Assembly (NCBI GenBank): GCA_044347345.1
Contig: JBIKUX010000008.1
Location: 1 to 64,000 of the forward strand
Reading direction: 5' to 3'
Length of the DNA stretch: 64,000 bases
From: Bdellovibrionota bacterium
GTDB taxonomy: Bacteria > Bdellovibrionota_C > UBA2361 > JBIKUX01
The position numbers were made by a program, and so were the translations under genes. Each line of letters starts with the position of its first letter. Position 1 is the stretch's first letter. Below, piece by piece: positions 22,557 through 33,209 of this stretch. The notes beneath the pieces are model-generated. The model worked only from the letters and a program-made list of their open reading frames with translations. It was not told where the DNA came from and made no database searches.

Positions 22557-23906
22557 ATGTTTGAGCAGTATACGATGATCTTATTATGTTGCGGCATTCT
22601 GATTGGATGTTGTGCTTTAGTATTGCTATATCGCTACAGCCGTTCACAGCGCGATGCGTATGCAAATACTGTTTCTCAATTAAAAATTGTAGAATCTGAG
22701 AGAGCCTTGTTAAGTCATCAGATAACAATCCTTGTTGGAGAAAAAAGAACATTAGAGGAAGCAAACAAAAATCTCTTAGTTGACCGAGAACGTCTTGCAG
22801 TCGCTCTTGCCAGACAAGAAGAAAACGTTATTGCGGCAAAGAATGCCATTATTCAGGAGAGATCGTATTTAGAGCAAGCCAATATCAACATTCTTGGACA
22901 ATTCAAGTCTTTGGCAGCAGAAATACTCAAAGAAAGATCAGCAGAGCTTACCCAAACAAATGAATCAAAGGTAAAAGCCTTACTATATCCAGTGATTGAC
23001 GAAATGACATCTTTTCGAAAAAAAATTGAAGGAATTCATTCCGAGGAGATTAAAGCGCATGCACTTCTTGAAAAGGAACTCAGCGATTTAAAAAATCTAA
23101 ATAAAAATCTGAGTGATGAGGCAAAGAATCTAACAGAAGCGCTACGTGGTTCCCGAAAAATACAAGGCAATTGGGGCGAGGTAATTCTTGAGCGAATTCT
23201 TGAAATGTCAGGATTAAGGCGCGGCGAAGAGTACACATTTCAACAGAGCTTTACCATAGAAGATGGTAAAAGGCTGCAACCTGACATCATCATAAAATTA
23301 CCTCAAGGGCGGGATATAATTATTGATGCAAAAGTATCTTTAGTTGCTTATGAAATGTGGGTAAAAGCTCAAAATGAGAATGAGGCATCTATTGCCATTA
23401 AAAAACATCTTGATTCACTTTATTCTCACATTAAAGGCTTATCTGAACGGCGGTATCAACAATTAAAAGCAGGAAATAATCTTGATTTTGTAGTTCTTTT
23501 TATTCCGATTGAGCCTGCCTTTAATTTGGCCTTATCTGGGGACATGAAGCTATGCGAAGAAGCTTGGGAGAAAAATGTACTTCTTGTAAGCCCATCGACA
23601 CTTTTATTTACCCTGCGTACTATTGCTCATCTTTGGCGGCAAGAAGCTCAGATTAAAAACGTAGCTGCTATCTCAGAGCAAGGTGGGAAACTATTCGATA
23701 AATTCGTAAGTTTTGTCGAAGACTTAAAAAAAATTGGTGAGCGTCTTGAACAAGCACAATCGTGCTACGATTCTGCATACGGTAAGCTATCCAACCAACG
23801 CGGAAATTTAATAAGTGCGGCAAAAAAATTAAAAGATTTAGGTGTGAAACCATCAAAGTCCTTACCTGAGATTAGCAACGAGAATCCAATTGAGTGCGCA
23901 AACTAA
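22557..23906 (+). CDS. rmuC: DNA recombination protein RmuC
   Basis: TM plus coiled coil; QGNWGEVILE, QPDIII...IIDAKVSL, LFIPIE, SPSTL. Confidence 0.93.
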   Translation: MFEQYTMILLCCGILIGCCALVLLYRYSRSQRDAYANTVSQLKIVESERALLSHQITILVGEKRTLEEANKNLLVDRERLAVALARQEENVIAAKNAIIQERSYLEQANINILGQFKSLAAEILKERSAELTQTNESKVKALLYPVIDEMTSFRKKIEGIHSEEIKAHALLEKELSDLKNLNKNLSDEAKNLTEALRGSRKIQGNWGEVILERILEMSGLRRGEEYTFQQSFTIEDGKRLQPDIIIKLPQGRDIIIDAKVSLVAYEMWVKAQNENEASIAIKKHLDSLYSHIKGLSERRYQQLKAGNNLDFVVLFIPIEPAFNLALSGDMKLCEEAWEKNVLLVSPSTLLFTLRTIAHLWRQEAQIKNVAAISEQGGKLFDKFVSFVEDLKKIGERLEQAQSCYDSAYGKLSNQRGNLISAAKKLKDLGVKPSKSLPEISNENPIECAN

Positions 23907-24841
23907 CTGAGCATCCACTGCCAACGATGGCCTCTTCGACGCATTATATGCGCTAGCTGTTCAATTTCTAATTGCTTACTCCGCTTAGAAAGTCCTAAAT
24001 GTTCCCACTGTTCTGGAGCTAAGCTATCAAGCTCACCTGCTCTGATAGCTTCTATCGCGTTTAGCGTCGCAAACCATACGTTCTGTTCACGATTTTCAAA
24101 CTTAACTATATTTTTCTTTCGAGAAGATGCAGCAACAAAACCTCTCGAAGCATTGCTTCCACATCCCACTAAAGAAAGAAGAAAGGCACCAATGTGCAGT
24201 GGACAACATTCATAAACTTCCATGCTTATTTCATCAATATTGGAGCCTCGCATTAAAAGTTCAAGAGTTTTTCCAGCTTGAGCTTTAGTTCCTCGGCACA
24301 TAAGGATGCAGATACCAACCCAACCGGCAAAGCCTGCCAACATGCCTCGACCAGCTCCAAAGTCGTCAGTATTTAACCCAATATAATAGCCAATTTGTGC
24401 CCGTACTAGAGCTTGATCAAGTATGGGCATCCAAACCCGATCAAAATTTTTCACTAATATCTTTCTTGAAACGGCGTGAATAACTACCACAGCAGCAAAG
24501 ACATCACTTTTAATCAAAGGGATAGCTTCCTTGATTGAGTCAACAGGACAGCCTGCACCAACAATCGGATCGGCAACTGCTGCAAATAATACCCTATGTA
24601 GTCCGATTATAGCACCTTCATGAAGTCTTTTATTATTTCCTTGAGCTCCTCCTCCACTACTAAGGGCTATCTTGGTTAACCGCCTAACAAACCAAGGTAC
24701 TGGATCAAAATCTTCAACAAGGGACAGGGCTAATTGCCAGGATTCAGCGAGTGATTTAGAACCTAGGGATTCAAGGTTAGATAATTCGTCAGCAGTGACT
24801 CGTAAAGTTTCAAAAAATTCTAAATCCCTCTCCTCAGTCAT
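23903..24841 (-). CDS. hypothetical protein, possibly a degenerate HDOD-domain protein
   Basis: DP...SIKEAI..I and CPLHIGAFLL segments loosely match HDOD pattern. Confidence 0.5.
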   Translation of the reverse strand: MTEERDLEFFETLRVTADELSNLESLGSKSLAESWQLALSLVEDFDPVPWFVRRLTKIALSSGGGAQGNNKRLHEGAIIGLHRVLFAAVADPIVGAGCPVDSIKEAIPLIKSDVFAAVVVIHAVSRKILVKNFDRVWMPILDQALVRAQIGYYIGLNTDDFGAGRGMLAGFAGWVGICILMCRGTKAQAGKTLELLMRGSNIDEISMEVYECCPLHIGAFLLSLVGCGSNASRGFVAASSRKKNIVKFENREQNVWFATLNAIEAIRAGELDSLAPEQWEHLGLSKRSKQLEIEQLAHIMRRRGHRWQWMLS

Positions 24842-25203
24842 ATATCATTAAATGAAAATAGCTTTGATTAGGACTTAAGATGCAGTAAATCAGACTTAAG
24901 ATTAAAGTCGACAAGAAACAAACCCTAGGTCACATCAATGGGTCTTCCTTTTTAAATACCCCTTCAATAGTAAAATATTTACAACTAAAGTTTTATTTTT
25001 ATGAATTATATGTGAGAAAATTATTGAGGGGATTTTACATAAAAAATATAGGTAGCAAAAAAGTAGTTAAAAATGCATCCTTTATGGAGATATAGACTTC
25101 CTAACCAAGAATCTCCCTAATCGGGTATTACCTTAACAAGGAATTTTCTATAGTAAAGTAATTTAGGTTTTCGCTACAAAAAAGTAGAGTAAAAGGACAC
25201 CCC

Positions 25204-25542
25204 ATGAGCAAGGCAAAATACTGTCTTACCAAAGCAGAATTAGCTGAAACAATCTATACAACACTGCCTATTGAAAAACAAAAGGCATCAGAGCTTGTTG
25301 AAGACTTCATAGAATTAATGAAAGAAGGCTTAGAGCAGGATAAACGGGTAATGCTTTCAGGATTTGGTACTTTTTTAGTTAATTCAAAGCGCCCCAGAAG
25401 AGGTCGCAACCCTCAAACCGGTGATGCTTTGATATTAAGAGCTCGAAATGTTGTGAAGTTTAAACCTAGTCAAATACTAAAAAATGCTGTTAATGGTGAA
25501 AAATCAAGTGAACAGGAAAGTGACATTGACGAAAACGATTAA
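25204..25542 (+). CDS. ihfA: integration host factor alpha subunit
   Basis: LTKAELAE, LSGFGTF, GRNPQTG, VVKFKPSQILK. Confidence 0.88.
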   Translation: MSKAKYCLTKAELAETIYTTLPIEKQKASELVEDFIELMKEGLEQDKRVMLSGFGTFLVNSKRPRRGRNPQTGDALILRARNVVKFKPSQILKNAVNGEKSSEQESDIDEND

Positions 25543-25593
25543 TTGATACTCCAGTTTTTTAAAGTAGTACCGGGTATTTAAAACTTTCATTTC

Positions 25594-25617
25594 GCAAAAG
25601 GTAAACATACCTTTTGC
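25594..25617. terminator. perfect 10-bp hairpin between convergent genes
   Basis: GCAAAAGGTA-AACA-TACCTTTTGC. Confidence 0.6.
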
Positions 25618-25699
25618 ATTGTCTGAAAACAGTTGCTGTAAGTATCGCAAATTACGCGCACTACAATAATCCGCGTAAGTGGTGATTTCTTTTACAGAT

Positions 25700-26065
25700 T
25701 TAGGTAAATAATAATGGTGGACGTTTTAATTGTAAGCCGGCATTTTCAAGACGCAACCAAATGTCTCTCGCTAGCTCACGCACCTCTTCATCGATTATAC
25801 CATAAAGCTCATCCAATCCCATAAGACACTTAATAGCAGCCATTCCATATATTGGAGTGGCGACACCTTCAACTAGTTTATCCCTAACATTTAGGAGAAA
25901 TACAAGAAGTTCTTCCTTACCTACTTTGATATGAGTAGTGCCATCTTCCTCATCTCGACCTTTAGTGTTACTACCTTTTATTGTCTCTCGTCTTTCTTGG
26001 CTTTGATTTACCAATGGTAGTTCATCTGACGTTGCATCACGCCTAATACTTTTTTTTGTTGCCAT
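25700..26065 (-). CDS. hypothetical protein
   Basis: 121-aa ORF at end of the M16 operon. Confidence 0.65.
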   Translation of the reverse strand: MATKKSIRRDATSDELPLVNQSQERRETIKGSNTKGRDEEDGTTHIKVGKEELLVFLLNVRDKLVEGVATPIYGMAAIKCLMGLDELYGIIDEEVRELARDIWLRLENAGLQLKRPPLLFT

Positions 26066-26097
26066 ACTTACTTATCAGCCCCCAACAATTATGGTTT

Positions 26098-26814
26098 TTA
26101 ATTATCCATTAAAATGATTTCAACAGCCTCGTTAAAACGGTTAGGATGATCTAGAGGATCGATTACTACTGGAGCAGCTACTACTTTAGCTTGAGCTACA
26201 AATCGTCTAGGCTCAAGACCTCTTTTCACCAAAGCGTTTACAAAAGTCAATGCGCGCTCTTCTGAAAGATGTTGAGCGTAAGGAGCTTGTTTATCAGAAC
26301 TTACACTATACACCATTATTCCAACTCGTGACCAAGGCAAGCGGTCTTTGAGTAATTGAGCAAGCTCGTTAATTACAGCCTCTCCACTAGAACACACAGC
26401 TGTATCACCAGACCCAAAAAAGTAATCGGCAGGATAAATGTCTCTTCCAGGATGAACGCTTAAACGTCTTTCATAATGATGTTGAAGAAGCCTTTGAGCT
26501 CCAATACGGGATTGCTCAGCTTCTGTCTGAGCATGAATATTTAATAAGCTCTCTTCCTGAACATCTAACGCAGCTCCGCGAATACTTCCAAGTAATGCCC
26601 CTAACCCAGCTCCAATCGCCGCTCCAGGTCCAGTAGCAGCCGCTACATGCATACCCGTTATAGCCCCTGCCCCAGCACCGGTAATACTCCCCTCAAGTAA
26701 CCCTCCACCTTGCTTGTCTGGACCTGATACTGGTGCATGAGCTGTACATGATGTCAGAACAAGTAGATGAATAATACTAGAATAAAAAAGATACTTATTC
26801 TGCACTGCTACCAT
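26098..26814 (-). CDS. glycine-zipper lipoprotein with divergent OmpA-like C-terminal domain
   Basis: LTSC lipobox, GAGAGA...GAAIGAGLG zipper, LSEERA...LVKRGL and N.AVEI OmpA-like motifs. Confidence 0.75.
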   Translation of the reverse strand: MVAVQNKYLFYSSIIHLLVLTSCTAHAPVSGPDKQGGGLLEGSITGAGAGAITGMHVAAATGPGAAIGAGLGALLGSIRGAALDVQEESLLNIHAQTEAEQSRIGAQRLLQHHYERRLSVHPGRDIYPADYFFGSGDTAVCSSGEAVINELAQLLKDRLPWSRVGIMVYSVSSDKQAPYAQHLSEERALTFVNALVKRGLEPRRFVAQAKVVAAPVVIDPLDHPNRFNEAVEIILMDN

Positions 26815-28387
26815 CGGGAAAGACTATAGTCTCATCAAACCCTAAATCTTTAATACCAGCCTGACTGATTTCAAGAGGTAACAAAGGCATCGCTGATTCT
26901 ATAGCATTGCGAGCCACCTTAGATCCTACAATAACTGTAACCATCTCATCAATTTTCCATCTAGATCTTAACATAGTAGATACACTCTCTTGCGTCACAG
27001 CTTCAACCTTCTTTACATATAAGTTATCATAATCAAGTGGGAATCCGTAGAGTCGAAAAAGAGCTTGCCGCTCAAGAGTTGAATCTGCATCCTCGTTAGC
27101 AAATACAAAAGAATTAATTACCCCGCGACGTCGTTCTACTAATTCGGCGGAAGTTACACCATTTTGTTGTAAATCACGAATGACCTCAAACACTTCCTTA
27201 GTCGCGACTCCAGCACTCTCAGCCTTTGTTTGCAACTGAACAGAATTTGTACCGAGCGGCGCTCCGGGTTGAATAGAGCCTGATACCGAATACGCTAGAC
27301 CAAGCTCGCTACGAATCCTTTGATATAAACGAGGAGAACCCATTCCGATACCAAATATCCGGTTAAATACCTTTATATCAAAGTGGTCTTCAGTATAGCG
27401 TGGCACACCTAAATGCCCCATAACTACGGTAGCTTGTGAAAACGGAGCTTCTATAAAATAAACTCCGGGGGGATGAGGTTTATTAAGTGGAGGTAAATTA
27501 TCAAAAACCGAGCTTTTAGCACTACTATCAGGCCACGAAGAAAACATATTGTTCGCAAGATCACGCACCTCGTGTTCTGAGATATCACCGCTAACTAAAA
27601 AAATTGCGCCACGTAAACTGATCTTATTGCGGTGCCAATCAATTACCTTTGCTCTGGTTATCTCTTTCACTTCCATTGAAGTAAGAACAGTGCCGTAAGG
27701 ACTATCCTTATACAACAGAGAAGCCAGCGCCAATCCTGCTATAGTAGCGCCGTCGTCTTTTCTTCTACGAATCTTCTCTAAGAGCTGAAGTTTGTGGAGA
27801 TTAAGCTTGCTTTCCTCAAAAGTTGGCTCGAGCATAATCTTCTTAAAGATAGAACTAACACTACTGAGATCACTTTTAAGACAAGAAAAAGAGAAAGAAC
27901 CAAATTCTCCACCGATTGTAGTAGAGATAGATGCTGAAAGTTTTTCAAGCGTTAAGTCTAATTCCTCAGGTGAAATTCCGACAACTCCACCTTTTCTAAG
28001 TAGTTGACCAGTTACACTGGCAACTCCCTCTTGCTCTGGAGTCTCCCACAGTCCTCCTCCACGCGTTAGAAGCGATGCAGATATCAGAGGAATCTCGTCG
28101 TCTTTGATATGAAGAACAGTTACTCCATTTGGCAACTCCCAAACTGCTGGAGCAGAAGGAACGTAACTAACAGGGGCAAGCCCCATTTGTAAGGGATTAT
28201 TCTGCTGTTCTTGAGGTCTTGCGTTATCACTCATAGTTCCTTTAACACATCCGGCCGAAATAATGGCAAATAAACCGATCAATACACATCGCCGTGCTTT
28301 CAAATAAAACAGTGAGACGGACAGCATATTAATAAATCCTAATAAACTATTTTTGATTTTTCTCTTCGCTGATAAGTGGGCTAACAA
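26795..28387 (-). CDS. M16B peptidase non-catalytic subunit (lipoprotein)
   Basis: LPNGV start, IRSELGLAYSV R/Y motif, no HxxEH; SAGC lipobox. Confidence 0.88.
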   Translation of the reverse strand: MLAHLSAKRKIKNSLLGFINMLSVSLFYLKARRCVLIGLFAIISAGCVKGTMSDNARPQEQQNNPLQMGLAPVSYVPSAPAVWELPNGVTVLHIKDDEIPLISASLLTRGGGLWETPEQEGVASVTGQLLRKGGVVGISPEELDLTLEKLSASISTTIGGEFGSFSFSCLKSDLSSVSSIFKKIMLEPTFEESKLNLHKLQLLEKIRRRKDDGATIAGLALASLLYKDSPYGTVLTSMEVKEITRAKVIDWHRNKISLRGAIFLVSGDISEHEVRDLANNMFSSWPDSSAKSSVFDNLPPLNKPHPPGVYFIEAPFSQATVVMGHLGVPRYTEDHFDIKVFNRIFGIGMGSPRLYQRIRSELGLAYSVSGSIQPGAPLGTNSVQLQTKAESAGVATKEVFEVIRDLQQNGVTSAELVERRRGVINSFVFANEDADSTLERQALFRLYGFPLDYDNLYVKKVEAVTQESVSTMLRSRWKIDEMVTVIVGSKVARNAIESAMPLLPLEISQAGIKDLGFDETIVFPDGSSAE

Positions 28388-28444
28388 ATTAATCAGATAG
28401 TGCAGCTTGGCTCATCTCTTTTTACCCTTTCAAAAGTCTCTTCC

Positions 28445-30106
28445 CTACTTTTTAGAATTATTAGTTGTTTCAACCTGAACAGTTTTAATTCTAGCAATAG
28501 TCCGACCATGAGAGACAAGGTATTGCCTTGCTACCCGATGTACGTCACTAACCGTTACATCCAACACTTCACCAAACCATTTTATACTAGCTTTCCAATC
28601 CCCAAAAAGAAGATGAGACGACGCAAATTGTCTTGCTAGAGCCATATTAGATTTTAGCTCTCCAAGATAATTTACCGCCATACTTCGCTGAGCAATAGCT
28701 AGTTGTTCTTCAGTTGGTCCTGAATCAATAAATTTTTTTATGACATCATCAACACTCTCGACTACTTCATCCACTGAGTGAGGATGACGCGGCGAAGCAG
28801 AAAAAACAAAAAGATTAGGAGCACTACTTCCGGGAGCTTCAAACACAGAAATACTGGTTGCTACTTGTCGGTTTTTAACTAACTCTACATAAAGAGGCGA
28901 AACAAAACTTCCAGCTAAAATCTGCTGAAGAACACTAAGTGGCGCATCATCGCTGTGAGGGTATGCTGGTTTTTTATATCCAATAAAAAGTTGTGGTGAC
29001 GATGGATGACTTACTACAACTTGACGCTCTGCTGTCTGAGGTGTTTCTTGTCGAGTAGAAAGTGAGGGTCGAATTTTATCCCCTGCAATTCTTCCAAAAT
29101 ATTTTTCTAACACCTCTAAGTCACGCTGTGGATCTACATCACCGACTACGCTAACCACTAAATTACTCGGAATGTAATACTGGGAATGATAATCTGAGAG
29201 GTCTTTTCTTGTTAAGGCAAGTAAATCTTTTTCATAACCGATGACAGGATCCCGGTAAGGATGATCTACAAACGCTGTCATTAGTAAGTTTTCATATAAC
29301 TTACCGGTTGGATCGTCCTCATATCTCATTCGTCTTTCCTCAAGAACTACGTCCCGCTCTTGGTAAAATTGTCGAAATACTGGGTTGATCAAACGCTCAG
29401 ATTCAAGCCAAGCCCAAAACTCAAAGGCAGTTTTAGGTAAATTCACAAAATAACTGGTAAGCTCTTTTGATGTTGTTGCATTTAAATCTGAAGCACCTCT
29501 TCTGGTGAGTTCTTCGGTTAATGCTTCAGCATTAGTCATCTTTTCAAGCGTAGATAATATGCTGTTTAATTCATTTTCTTGCTCAGGACTACGATTTTTA
29601 ATCGCTCTAAGTTTGTCTTCCTGACCCAAAAGAATTCTTTCTTTTTCAAAATCGCTTGTACCTATTACGGAAGTCCCTTTAAAAGCCATATGCTCTAATA
29701 AGTGAGATACTCCAGTTTTTCCAACCGGCTCATCTATGCCTCCAAGCCGCACACTTATTAATCCCGCAAATACTGGTGCTTTACCTCGTTTATATAAAAT
29801 AACCTTTAATCCATTTGATAAAGTGTGAGCCTCTACATGCTTTTCTAAAGCAAGCAAAGATTTGTGCAGTGACCTTGCATCATCGGCCAGAACCACCCTT
29901 GAAGACGACAGGTTCATAAAAGATGCAGTGTCACTCATATTTACACCTGTGGACAAAAACTTACTAAGCATTCTACAGAAATCGATTTCAATATTGCAGA
30001 AAACACTAAGCAAGCATCCTAAACTAACTAAAACATAATAACTTAAGTTAACCTTATTTCGAGTAAACACACTATCACTCATCGCCCCCCTACCATCAAA
30101 GATCAA
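28445..30106 (-). CDS. M16B zinc peptidase catalytic subunit (start uncertain)
   Basis: TGVSHLLEHMAFKGT, NATT, ERDVVLEERR, HPY...VIG. Confidence 0.92.
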   Translation of the reverse strand: MIFDGRGAMSDSVFTRNKVNLSYYVLVSLGCLLSVFCNIEIDFCRMLSKFLSTGVNMSDTASFMNLSSSRVVLADDARSLHKSLLALEKHVEAHTLSNGLKVILYKRGKAPVFAGLISVRLGGIDEPVGKTGVSHLLEHMAFKGTSVIGTSDFEKERILLGQEDKLRAIKNRSPEQENELNSILSTLEKMTNAEALTEELTRRGASDLNATTSKELTSYFVNLPKTAFEFWAWLESERLINPVFRQFYQERDVVLEERRMRYEDDPTGKLYENLLMTAFVDHPYRDPVIGYEKDLLALTRKDLSDYHSQYYIPSNLVVSVVGDVDPQRDLEVLEKYFGRIAGDKIRPSLSTRQETPQTAERQVVVSHPSSPQLFIGYKKPAYPHSDDAPLSVLQQILAGSFVSPLYVELVKNRQVATSISVFEAPGSSAPNLFVFSASPRHPHSVDEVVESVDDVIKKFIDSGPTEEQLAIAQRSMAVNYLGELKSNMALARQFASSHLLFGDWKASIKWFGEVLDVTVSDVHRVARQYLVSHGRTIARIKTVQVETTNNSKK

Positions 30107-30214
30107 TTTCCTTATCTTTGCACTTTTATTTTCAACAGTCAGCTAATTACAAAACTAACAGATTATTATAATCAGCATAATGCATTTTTATTGGAATTAA
30201 TTAAGGTAAATCTA

Positions 30215-31396
30215 CTAGCTATTATAGCAGAGTGGAATGAGTATTTGAGCGTCAAATGCGTGATTACTGGGCGCATCTGAGTCTGAGATCTCCTCACAGT
30301 GGCAAAATTTAAGGAGAGCGTCATTGAAAGTAATAAGACGTTCGGCAATAGTTAAACCAAATCCCCCCCCTTGCTGCTCATATTGTTCACGATCAAGTTG
30401 TCCAAACAAGGAGAGAGCCTGAGGTAATCTTTCGAGATTAAATCCATTACCAAAATCACGAACACACAAAACCAAAAATTCTTCTTCAACGCGAGCACTT
30501 AAATAAACCGGTTGAGAAAGCCCAAATTTTATTCCATTACTTACCAAGCGCAAGATAGCTTCAACTATATGAGGTATAAAAACTTTAACGTTTCTTTTAT
30601 CCTCAATAGTGAGCGAATCAGTCACTATTCGCGCTCTATCAGTGTCAGAAAAACCGTTTAACCCATCCAAAATACTAGAGGTAAGCTCACTTATAGGAAT
30701 AGAGCGTCTTCGAGATTTAGCTGTCCGCTCGGCAATTCCACCTTCAATCTGTTGAATTACCATGAAGTCATTAACAAGCCTCTCTAACCTATCCCCTCCT
30801 CTTTTTATTGCAGATAACACCATTTGAGTCTGTGATGCTTGCGATGTATCAAAATGGTCGAGAAGAAGCTCAGTGCCCGTACTGATAGCAACTAGCGGAG
30901 TACGAAATTCATGAGACAAAGTTTGAACAATTCGCGATCTAAATTCATCAATGCGATTTTTGGTTGATGATTGCAGATACCTAGCCCGACTAACCTTGCC
31001 TTCAACCACTGCAAGTAAAGTTCTCGGTTCAAATGGCTTAGTAAGATAGTCATCAGCCCCTATTGCTTTACCTTTTTCGACCTCATTTAAATCATCTAGA
31101 GCTGAGAGAAAAACAAATGGTATATGAGCGTAAGCAATCTCGTCTCTTAGTTGCTTATAGAGGGTGTACCCGTCCATCTTTGGCATCATTACATCGCAGA
31201 TTACAAGGTCAACTAACCTAGCATGAATGATTTCCAGTGCTTCTTCACCGTTTTCACATGTAAGAACTTGATATTGCTTACTTTCAAGAAGTCCCCTTAA
31301 AGTTTGGAGCATGAGCACATTATCCTCAACAACGAGAATGGTACCCTGATCTCTTGACGGAGCTCCTTGCTCTTCCATATTTCCTTTAAGTTGCAA
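30215..31396 (-). CDS. hybrid response regulator-histidine kinase
   Basis: REC (VEDN, DVMMP, KPF), HisKA SHEFRTPL, ATPase NGIKF, DFGNG, GGGFGL. Confidence 0.9.
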   Translation of the reverse strand: MQLKGNMEEQGAPSRDQGTILVVEDNVLMLQTLRGLLESKQYQVLTCENGEEALEIIHARLVDLVICDVMMPKMDGYTLYKQLRDEIAYAHIPFVFLSALDDLNEVEKGKAIGADDYLTKPFEPRTLLAVVEGKVSRARYLQSSTKNRIDEFRSRIVQTLSHEFRTPLVAISTGTELLLDHFDTSQASQTQMVLSAIKRGGDRLERLVNDFMVIQQIEGGIAERTAKSRRRSIPISELTSSILDGLNGFSDTDRARIVTDSLTIEDKRNVKVFIPHIVEAILRLVSNGIKFGLSQPVYLSARVEEEFLVLCVRDFGNGFNLERLPQALSLFGQLDREQYEQQGGGFGLTIAERLITFNDALLKFCHCEEISDSDAPSNHAFDAQILIPLCYNS

Positions 31397-31529
31397 GTGC
31401 GTTACTTTTATTGCTTCGCCTTGACGAGTAGATCATCGGTCAACTGCTTAAAATGCTGAAGTAGGTCATAAGTAGTGATAAACCTCAGTTAAAAGGCTAA
31501 GCTGACCATCACTTAACTTAAGAAAACAT

Positions 31530-32456
31530 ATGATTAATAACCCGATTATCGCCCTTTTTCCGGGACAAGGTTCGCAAGTAGTAGGGATGGGTAAGCATTT
31601 AACCGATCTATTACCAGAGTGGCACGATCTACTGGCAAAGGCTGACTCTCTTCTCGGATTTTCGCTTTCACAACTTTGTATGAATGGGCCGCTAGACGAA
31701 CTTACGCTCACGGCTAATGCTCAACCAGCAATCCTTTTAGTAAGCTATGCTACATTTTTAGCTTGCAAACAGAACCATAACTTAAATATAGCATGCGCTA
31801 CAGGTCACAGCTTAGGAGAATATAGCGCATTACTGGCTGCCGGAGCCATCTCATTTGAAGATGCTATCGTGCTTGTTCACAAACGTGGTATCTACATGCA
31901 AGAGGCAGTGCCTCCAGAACAAGGAAAGATGGTTGCTGTGCTTGGTAAAGACCTCGAAGAAATTGAAGAAGTTTTAAAAAATTGCCCCGATTGCGCCGTT
32001 GATATAGCTAATCATAATGCCCCCGGACAAATTGTTCTGTCAGGTTCTAGCTCAGATATGACAAAAATTATCGCCGAGCTCGGCAAGGGTAAATATATCC
32101 CACTTCCTGTTAGTGCTCCATTTCACTCTCGACTCATGCGCCCCGCCGCTGAACGGCTCACCGCTGATATCCATGCCTTAACTATCAAAAGTCCAAGATT
32201 TCCAATTATTGCCAATGTAACTGCTACTCCTATTTCAAGTCCAAGCGAAATTGCTTCTTTACTAATTAAACAAGTTTGTGGAAGGGTGCGTTGGGTAGAA
32301 TGTATTCAAGCAGCCAGAAGTCTGGCTTCACCTGACAGTATTGTTATTGAATTTGGAGCAGGAAACGTATTAGCAGGTCTTTGCAAGCGCATAGATAAAG
32401 AATTGCAAATTTTTACAACAGGTAGTGCAGAGGAAATTGGACGACTTTATCAATAG
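31530..32456 (+). CDS. fabD: malonyl-CoA:ACP transacylase
   Basis: FPGQGSQ, GHSLGEY, VSAPFHS. Confidence 0.95.
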   Translation: MINNPIIALFPGQGSQVVGMGKHLTDLLPEWHDLLAKADSLLGFSLSQLCMNGPLDELTLTANAQPAILLVSYATFLACKQNHNLNIACATGHSLGEYSALLAAGAISFEDAIVLVHKRGIYMQEAVPPEQGKMVAVLGKDLEEIEEVLKNCPDCAVDIANHNAPGQIVLSGSSSDMTKIIAELGKGKYIPLPVSAPFHSRLMRPAAERLTADIHALTIKSPRFPIIANVTATPISSPSEIASLLIKQVCGRVRWVECIQAARSLASPDSIVIEFGAGNVLAGLCKRIDKELQIFTTGSAEEIGRLYQ

Positions 32457-32517
32457 TACATTTATTCATAAGAAGATACTTCAGATTATTTTTTAGTTAT
32501 TAATTAACAAAAATTAA

Positions 32518-33189
32518 GTGATTATATTCAAACCTGACGAATTAACTTGGCGAAACATTCTTGCAGAAGAGCTTGGTAAACCTTATTACTCGCGCCTAAT
32601 TTCGTTTATTCAACAACAACGCACTTCTGGCCAAACTATTTTTCCGGAAGAACACCATATGTTCCGCGCCTTTGAGCTTACACCTCTTAAATCACTAAAG
32701 GTAGTTATTCTTGGGCAAGATCCTTACTCTAATGAGGGACAAGCAAATGGTTTATGCTTTTCAGTTAAGCATGGTCAACCAATCCCTCCATCCTTAAAAA
32801 ATATCTTTGTTGAATTAAAAGATGATGTAGGGACAGCTTGCTTCCAAGATGGGGATCTTTCAAATTGGGCAAATCAAGGGGTTTTGCTTTTAAACACCAT
32901 TCTAACCGTAGCTAAAGGGAAGCCACTTTCCCATGCTCATCAAGGTTGGGAACAATTTACTGACTGCGTAATATCTTGTATCAGCAAATTCAAAGAAAAT
33001 GTGGTTTTTATTCTGTGGGGCACTGCGGCTAAAAAGAAGGAACTACTAATTGATAAAGGAAAGCATAAAATACTAATTGCCTCTCATCCCTCTCCATTAT
33101 CTGCATACAGAGGTTTTTTTGGTTGTCGACACTTCTCAAAGACTAATGACTATTTGGTTAAGCACTCCTTATCAGCAATTTCTTGGTAA
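32518..33189 (+). CDS. ung: uracil-DNA glycosylase family 1
   Basis: GQDPY, PPSLKNI, GVLLLN, HPSPLS. Confidence 0.96.
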   Translation: MIIFKPDELTWRNILAEELGKPYYSRLISFIQQQRTSGQTIFPEEHHMFRAFELTPLKSLKVVILGQDPYSNEGQANGLCFSVKHGQPIPPSLKNIFVELKDDVGTACFQDGDLSNWANQGVLLLNTILTVAKGKPLSHAHQGWEQFTDCVISCISKFKENVVFILWGTAAKKKELLIDKGKHKILIASHPSPLSAYRGFFGCRHFSKTNDYLVKHSLSAISW

Positions 33190-33209
33190 GGCTTATCAAG
33201 AGCTTTAAT

